Source of the DNA: an uncultured Arcobacteraceae bacterium
Lineage (GTDB): Bacteria; Campylobacterota; Campylobacteria; Campylobacterales; Arcobacteraceae
Direction: 5' to 3'
NCBI GenBank assembly: GCA_964022095.1
Contig: CAXHZO010000008.1
Coordinates: 1-64,000 of the forward strand
DNA length: 64,000 nucleotides
In this document: positions 58,551-64,000 of the stretch, in pieces
How the letters are laid out: every line of letters starts with the position of its first letter
How positions within the stretch are numbered: position 1 is the first letter of the stretch
Translations under genes and position numbers: made by a program
Notes under the pieces: generated by a model
The model's database searches: none
What the model was told of the DNA's origin: nothing
Seen by the model: only the letters and a program-made list of their open reading frames with translations

Positions 58551-60863
58551 ATGGCAAAGCAAATTGATTCATTACTTTTAGAAAGCACAACTACTAAAAC
58601 AGTAAAGAGTGCTGAGTCAAAAGTAGAAAAAACTGGCACATCATTATTTGATTCTTTATTAAAAGAAAATTTTAAAAGTAATGAATCTATTGAATCTAAA
58701 GAGTCTACTAATCAGCAAGTAAATCAAATAAAAACTTCAGAAAATATTAGTAAAACAATTAATAAAAACAGTACAACTAATATAGAAGTAAAAGCTCAAT
58801 TAAACACTTTAAATACACAGCAAGAAGTTGATACTCAAGTATCACAAGCAACTGAAAAAGTTGAAGTAAAGCCTTCTTTATTGGACAAGTTAATATCAGA
58901 AGCAAAAAAAGATTTAAATAATCAACCTGTAAAAGAAGAAGTTAACAAAACAAATACAAATAACAGCATTGAAAAACAAACATTAGTAAAAACAGTTGAC
59001 GCAACTAACTCAAAATTACAGACTACACAAGATACTCAAGTTGAGCTAAAACAAACTGCTAAAACACAAACTCCTAATAAATCAGAAGATTCAAGTGTAA
59101 AATTAAATAAAGATAATGATTCTTTATTAGATGATTCAAAAACTCCTACTAAAAACCAAGGAGAACCTTCGCTTTTAGATAAATTAGTATCAGAAGCAAA
59201 AGTTGATGTAGAAGTTTCAAAGACATCAAAAGAGATACAAACACCACAGAAAATAGAAAATAATCAAGAAGTAAAACAGTCTGGTTTAAATGATACTAAT
59301 GTAAATAAAACTCAAGAGATATTAGCTTCAACTGTAATTGTAAAACCACAAATAAAAAATACTGATAATGCCCAAACAGTTACTACTGCACAAACAAAAG
59401 AAGAATCTGTAGAAGTAGAAAATAAAGAAATAAAACCACAAATAAAAAATACTGATAATGCCCAAACAGTTACTACTGCCCAAACAAAAGAAGAATCTGT
59501 AGAAGTAGAAAATAAAGAGATAAAACCACAAACAGTTACAAGTATTCAAACAAAACAGACTACTTCCTTAGATTCAGTAGAGCCTAAAGATAAACAAGCT
59601 GAGATATTAAACAATAATGCTTTAACTAATAATGATAAAATTAATCAAGAAGTAGCACCAGTTATATCTCAACAAGCAAGTACTGAAAAAGTTTCAGTAC
59701 AACAGCAATCAGTATTAACTCAAACAGCTGAAAATAAAAATATATCAACAATAACTGCAGATAATTCTAAAACACAAGAAACACAAGTATCAAAAGAAGT
59801 AAAAGTAGTGCCTCAAAATACAACTGTTAACTCTGATGATGTAAATAAAAAGGTAGCTAAAGAATTAGCATCCTTAAATACAAATACTGAATCTAGTGAC
59901 ATTAATATATCTAAAGAGAAGTTATTATTAGAAGAGAATAAAAGTGTAGATAAAAAATCTACTTCTTTAATGGATCAACTACTTCAAAAGAACAAGGAAG
60001 TTGTTTTTGGAAATGAAGTTACTGGCCAACAAAAGCAGATGAAGCAAAGTGATTTCTTAACAAGTATTTACTTAGGAAATCAAAAAAATAGTATTTCTAA
60101 CCAATCACTTTTAAATAAAACACAAGCTGTAAATATTGCAGTAAATGGCAGTACTGTTGAAGATGTTAAAACTAGTGCACAGATGTTAGAATTAGGATTA
60201 GAAGATGTTGATGTACAAAAAGCAGTTGAGAATATAAAAAGACTTGATATTGAAAAGCTTGATAGAACAAACCTTTTAGATAGACTTGCCTTTAACAAAA
60301 ATATTGCAAACATTGATATTAGAAATATGATTACTTCATCTGTTGAAGCTAGTAAAGCACTACTTGAAGATACTATAAATTTAGTGGATGATCTATCTTT
60401 AAATGTTAATTCTCAAGCAATACAATCAATTCAAACTAGAATTGTAGGTGCAAGACAACAAATGACACAAATGATGTCAGATGTAGCAAGACAAATGTAT
60501 GAAAACTACAAGCCACCAGTAACTGCATTTAGAATTAATTTAAATCCAGCAACACTTGGAGCTATATCAATTTTAATGAAAAATGATAGAGATAATGCAT
60601 TATCTATTAGTATGAGTGTATCAAGTAGTTCAACATTAGATTCTTTACTTGATAATCAAAGTACATTGAGAAACTCTTTAAATAAGCTGTTTGATGAAAA
60701 TACTAAATTTAATTTAAACTTTAGTTCTTCAAGTGATAATAATCAATCTTCAAATCAAAATAACAAAGATGGTAATTCTCAACAACAATTTACTAATCAA
60801 GAGGTATTAAATACTCTAGAGGAAAATGAAGTAGAAGAAGAAAAAAATACAGATTATATGTAA
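58551..60863 (+). CDS. fliK: Hook-length control protein FliK (770 aa)
   Basis: Long low-complexity N-terminus; C-terminal RINLNPATLG.I.I motif and polar tail. Confidence 0.8.
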   Translation: MAKQIDSLLLESTTTKTVKSAESKVEKTGTSLFDSLLKENFKSNESIESKESTNQQVNQIKTSENISKTINKNSTTNIEVKAQLNTLNTQQEVDTQVSQATEKVEVKPSLLDKLISEAKKDLNNQPVKEEVNKTNTNNSIEKQTLVKTVDATNSKLQTTQDTQVELKQTAKTQTPNKSEDSSVKLNKDNDSLLDDSKTPTKNQGEPSLLDKLVSEAKVDVEVSKTSKEIQTPQKIENNQEVKQSGLNDTNVNKTQEILASTVIVKPQIKNTDNAQTVTTAQTKEESVEVENKEIKPQIKNTDNAQTVTTAQTKEESVEVENKEIKPQTVTSIQTKQTTSLDSVEPKDKQAEILNNNALTNNDKINQEVAPVISQQASTEKVSVQQQSVLTQTAENKNISTITADNSKTQETQVSKEVKVVPQNTTVNSDDVNKKVAKELASLNTNTESSDINISKEKLLLEENKSVDKKSTSLMDQLLQKNKEVVFGNEVTGQQKQMKQSDFLTSIYLGNQKNSISNQSLLNKTQAVNIAVNGSTVEDVKTSAQMLELGLEDVDVQKAVENIKRLDIEKLDRTNLLDRLAFNKNIANIDIRNMITSSVEASKALLEDTINLVDDLSLNVNSQAIQSIQTRIVGARQQMTQMMSDVARQMYENYKPPVTAFRINLNPATLGAISILMKNDRDNALSISMSVSSSSTLDSLLDNQSTLRNSLNKLFDENTKFNLNFSSSSDNNQSSNQNNKDGNSQQQFTNQEVLNTLEENEVEEEKNTDYM
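59341..59532 (+). repeat. In-frame 90-nt tandem duplication in fliK plus partial third copy
   Basis: 59341-59430 and 59431-59520 differ at 2 synonymous positions; encodes KPQIKNTDNAQTVTTAQTKEESVEVENKEI twice. Confidence 0.95.
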
Positions 60864-61612
60864 TGGAAGCATTTTTTTCTTTACTAAATAGTGAGATTTT
60901 ATTTCACTTCTTACTTTTATTGGCAAGAATTTTAGCTTTTGTAGCTTTCATGCCAATCTTTGGTCACACAGCTGTTTCTTCTACAATTAGAGTTGCAATT
61001 GCATTTTTTATTACTATATTTATATTTCCTTTAGTTGAAATAAATGGTTCAATTACACAAAGCAATTTTTTAATTGGAATTATTAGTGAAATAACTTTAG
61101 GTTTAGTTGCAGCTATGTTTATAAATATAATATTTTCTGCAGTAAAAATTATTGGAGACTTTATAGGTTATTCAACTGCATTATCAATGGCTATGATGTT
61201 TGATCCAACAACTGGTACTCAAGAAGGTTTAGTATCAAGATTATTGTATTGGATTGCTCTAATGGTATTTTTCCAAACTGGAATGTACGAGATGACTTTA
61301 GTGATACTTTTAAAAAGTTTTTCAATGATTCACTTAGGTACCTTTGATATTTTTTCATATGATGGTATTCAAATTGCTATTGATGAAGTTAAAAGAATGT
61401 TTGCCTTTGCCTTTGCATTTGCATTGCCATTGTTTTTTATTGGTTTTATTATGGACGTTTATTATGGCTATGGTACAAAATCAATGCCAGCATTTTCTCC
61501 TTTTGTAATTACATTTCAATTGAAGTTTGCATTGATTTTTATATTTTTGATTTTAGGTATGGAAGTATTTACAGATACTTTCACAAACTATTTTATTACT
61601 AAATTTGAGTAG
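60863..61612 (+). CDS. fliR: Flagellar export gate protein FliR
   Basis: RI.AF..FMPIFG, E..LG, MFDP, multiple TMs; upstream of flhB. Confidence 0.93.
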   Translation: MEAFFSLLNSEILFHFLLLLARILAFVAFMPIFGHTAVSSTIRVAIAFFITIFIFPLVEINGSITQSNFLIGIISEITLGLVAAMFINIIFSAVKIIGDFIGYSTALSMAMMFDPTTGTQEGLVSRLLYWIALMVFFQTGMYEMTLVILLKSFSMIHLGTFDIFSYDGIQIAIDEVKRMFAFAFAFALPLFFIGFIMDVYYGYGTKSMPAFSPFVITFQLKFALIFIFLILGMEVFTDTFTNYFITKFE

Positions 61613-61624
61613 TTAGGGTTAATT

Positions 61625-62674
61625 ATGGCTGATGAAGAAGAAAAAACAGAAGAGCCCACATCCAAAAAATTAGAAGATGCTAAAAATGAAGGTAATGTAC
61701 CAAAATCTATGGAAGTTACTGGCGCTGCAGTTTTATTATTTGGATCAATTTATTTACTTTTTTTCTCCTCTTTTTCTTTATTAGAGATAAAAAAATTAAT
61801 GCTTTTTACCTATGGATTCATAGGTGAAGATATGGATACAACTGTTTATAATTCTATTACACTTTATGTTGTTACTACACTTTTAAAAGCACTGACTCCT
61901 TTATTTATAATGGTATTAATATTAGTTTTAGCATCAAATTGGGCACAATTTGGTTTTATAGCAACTCCTTTAAAACTTGATTTACAAAAACTAGATCCAA
62001 TTAAAGGATTTAAAAATATATTTGGTTTAAAAAAAGCATTAGAAGCTTTAAAGTTAACATTAAAACTTACAATAATTATAACTGTAATGACTATCTTATT
62101 TTTAGTTACAAATAAACTATTTTTAGCAATGATGAATCAAGAAACTATGGCAACCATATCAACAATGGTTGAATTGATAATCTACTTTTTAGCAGCGATA
62201 CTTTTAATTATAATTATTTTTGCTATAATAGATTTTTATTTTACTCGACATTATTATATGAAATCTCTTAAAATGAGTAAGCAAGAGATTAAAGATGAGT
62301 TTAAAAATATGGAGGGTGACCCTCAAGTAAAGGGTAGAATTAGAAGAATTCAAATGCAAATGGCTCAAAAAAGAATGATGAGTGATGTGCCTGATGCAGA
62401 TGTTGTAATTACAAATCCTACTCACTATGCAATTGCTATGAAATATGATAATACTAAAGATTCAGCTCCAAAAGTAGTTGCAAAAGGTATTGATTTTTTA
62501 GCAATAAAAATTAAAGATATTGCAAAAGAAAATGATATTCCAATAATTGAGAATCCTTCTTTAGCAAGGGCAATTTATGATCAAGTTGAACCAGAACAAC
62601 AGATCCCAAGTGAGTTCTATAAAGCATTAGCAGAAATTTTTTCATATGTTTATGAACTTAAAAATAAAAGGTAG
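61625..62674 (+). CDS. flhB: Flagellar export switch protein FlhB
   Basis: EKTEEPT.KKL, EGDPQVKGRIR, TNPTH autocleavage site. Confidence 0.98.
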   Translation: MADEEEKTEEPTSKKLEDAKNEGNVPKSMEVTGAAVLLFGSIYLLFFSSFSLLEIKKLMLFTYGFIGEDMDTTVYNSITLYVVTTLLKALTPLFIMVLILVLASNWAQFGFIATPLKLDLQKLDPIKGFKNIFGLKKALEALKLTLKLTIIITVMTILFLVTNKLFLAMMNQETMATISTMVELIIYFLAAILLIIIIFAIIDFYFTRHYYMKSLKMSKQEIKDEFKNMEGDPQVKGRIRRIQMQMAQKRMMSDVPDADVVITNPTHYAIAMKYDNTKDSAPKVVAKGIDFLAIKIKDIAKENDIPIIENPSLARAIYDQVEPEQQIPSEFYKALAEIFSYVYELKNKR

Positions 62675-62677
62675 AGT

Positions 62678-64000
62678 TTGAAGTATTTATTAATTTTTAT
62701 TTTAAGTGTTAATTTTTTATTTGCAAAAAAAGATTTTTACTATGGTTTTATTAATTCATCTGGAAATCAAATAAGTGAACAAAGAAAACAAAAAATTATA
62801 GATGGATTTGATATTATTGATAATGCCAAGCAACTTGCAAAAGAGGGCAAAATTAATGAATCTTATACTCAAATAAATAGTTTTAAAAATACTAATAATA
62901 TTAAAGTTTTAAAATCAGATGCAATAATTTTATATTCAGAATTAGCACTAAAAAAACGTACGAAAAGAATAGTACTTGATGCTGCTAAAGAATTAGAAGA
63001 ATCAATTAACTCTTCACTAATAAATGAATATGACTTAGCAAAAGCTTACTCTTTGCTAGTTGAACTAAAACTACAAATTAATAAAATTGATGATGCAAAG
63101 TATTTTTCAAATATTATTATAAATAATTTTGATGATGAACTAACAAAAACATATGGAAAAATTTCCCTTGCAAAAGTTTATAAATACCAAAGAAAATATT
63201 TTGCTGCAACAAAAACTTTATATGAAATTTTAGCAAAAACTAAAGATAAAGAAGTTGCAACTGTTGTTGCTGATGAATTATTTGATGTTTATATTTTAGA
63301 TAATAAATTAAAAGAGGCAAATGAACTTATTGCCCAAGTTTTAAAAAACAATATTGAATACTATGCAAATGATTCTTATATTGCAAATGAAAAAATAAAT
63401 AAGCTTATAAAAGCAGGAATGCCTGAGTATGCTACAGAAATTTTAAAAGAGTTATTAGTAAGAACTACAAAAGATGAATCTATAGAAGATTTCAAATTTA
63501 AACTTGCTAATACTTATATGTTAATGTATGATAGAACAAACTATTATTTGGAGAAAGCAAAAGAGTTATATAAAGATATTATTAATGATTATCCAAGTGG
63601 TGTTTATTCAAGAAAATCAAAAATGTTTTTAGATGAAATTTTAATGAGACAAGGCTTTGTTAAGCCAGTTGTTGTTGCAAGTAAGTATCAAAATTCTGAA
63701 GCAATGGAGCAAAAAGCTTTACTTCAAGAGTTAATGAATTATAAAGCAGACAAAAAATTTGATTTAATTATAAAAGGGAAAAAAGTTTATAGAAAAATAT
63801 CAAATTCAATAGCTCAAAGATTTGGTTTTGAATCAATGAACTCAATCTTTGATGAAGTTAATATAGATATGATAAAACAATACCTTGATGAAGATAAGTG
63901 TTTTGAATTAAACAATGCTTTAAAAACTTCTAGAAAAGAGACTTTGGAAAAAATCGCACAAGATGAAACTATTAAATATAAATTCTTTGAATGTCTAATA
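62678..64000 (+). CDS. Secreted TPR-like protein, PflA-like candidate, cut by window end (not in the ORF track)
   Basis: TTG start, MKYLLIFILSVNFLFA signal peptide, helical repeats such as FKLANTYML..EKAKELYKDII.DYP; frame appears open to the edge. Confidence 0.65.
   Translation, partial: MKYLLIFILSVNFLFAKKDFYYGFINSSGNQISEQRKQKIIDGFDIIDNAKQLAKEGKINESYTQINSFKNTNNIKVLKSDAIILYSELALKKRTKRIVLDAAKELEESINSSLINEYDLAKAYSLLVELKLQINKIDDAKYFSNIIINNFDDELTKTYGKISLAKVYKYQRKYFAATKTLYEILAKTKDKEVATVVADELFDVYILDNKLKEANELIAQVLKNNIEYYANDSYIANEKINKLIKAGMPEYATEILKELLVRTTKDESIEDFKFKLANTYMLMYDRTNYYLEKAKELYKDIINDYPSGVYSRKSKMFLDEILMRQGFVKPVVVASKYQNSEAMEQKALLQELMNYKADKKFDLIIKGKKVYRKISNSIAQRFGFESMNSIFDEVNIDMIKQYLDEDKCFELNNALKTSRKETLEKIAQDETIKYKFFECLI

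Noticed and set aside
59341-59520. Direct repeats as a CRISPR array
   Set aside because: Head-to-tail, in-frame, no spacers, no cas genes

Overview
AT-rich chromosomal window from a Campylobacterota bacterium, most likely Arcobacteraceae (separate rpoB/rpoC, epsilon-type CheZ, one large flagellar cluster). 1-14 kb: tRNA-Thr/Tyr/Gly, tuf, rpmG, tRNA-Trp, secE, nusG, rplKAJL, rpoBC. 14-17 kb: a seven-gene accessory islet between rpoC and rpsL (membrane protein, YciI, a 42% Lys histone H1-like protein with a perfect sigma70 promoter divergent from an HTH gene, DUF2971, YwbE, YaiI). 17-36 kb: rpsL, rpsG, fusA, nadK, recN, a Cache/CZB chemoreceptor, a U32 protein, a GT9-like protein, purE, glyQ, Nif3, a zinc-ribbon protein, waaA, an RluA-family synthase, ffh, rpsP, a KH protein and rimM. 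36-64 kb: a flagellar/chemotaxis cluster running off the right edge, with two flgE paralogs, a repeat-expanded fliK, PflA/PflB-like TPR proteins and several unassigned genes. I saw no CRISPR array, rRNA, transposase or integrase. Most of the window is core genome, and I cannot demonstrate a new system from sequence alone. The best leads are the H1-like/HTH module with candidate operators, DUF2971, the unassigned flagellar accessory genes, an EF-Tu altered at pulvomycin-resistance positions, and two mutually exclusive hairpins between the flgE genes. All family calls are from motif recognition and recalled homologues; no searches were run.
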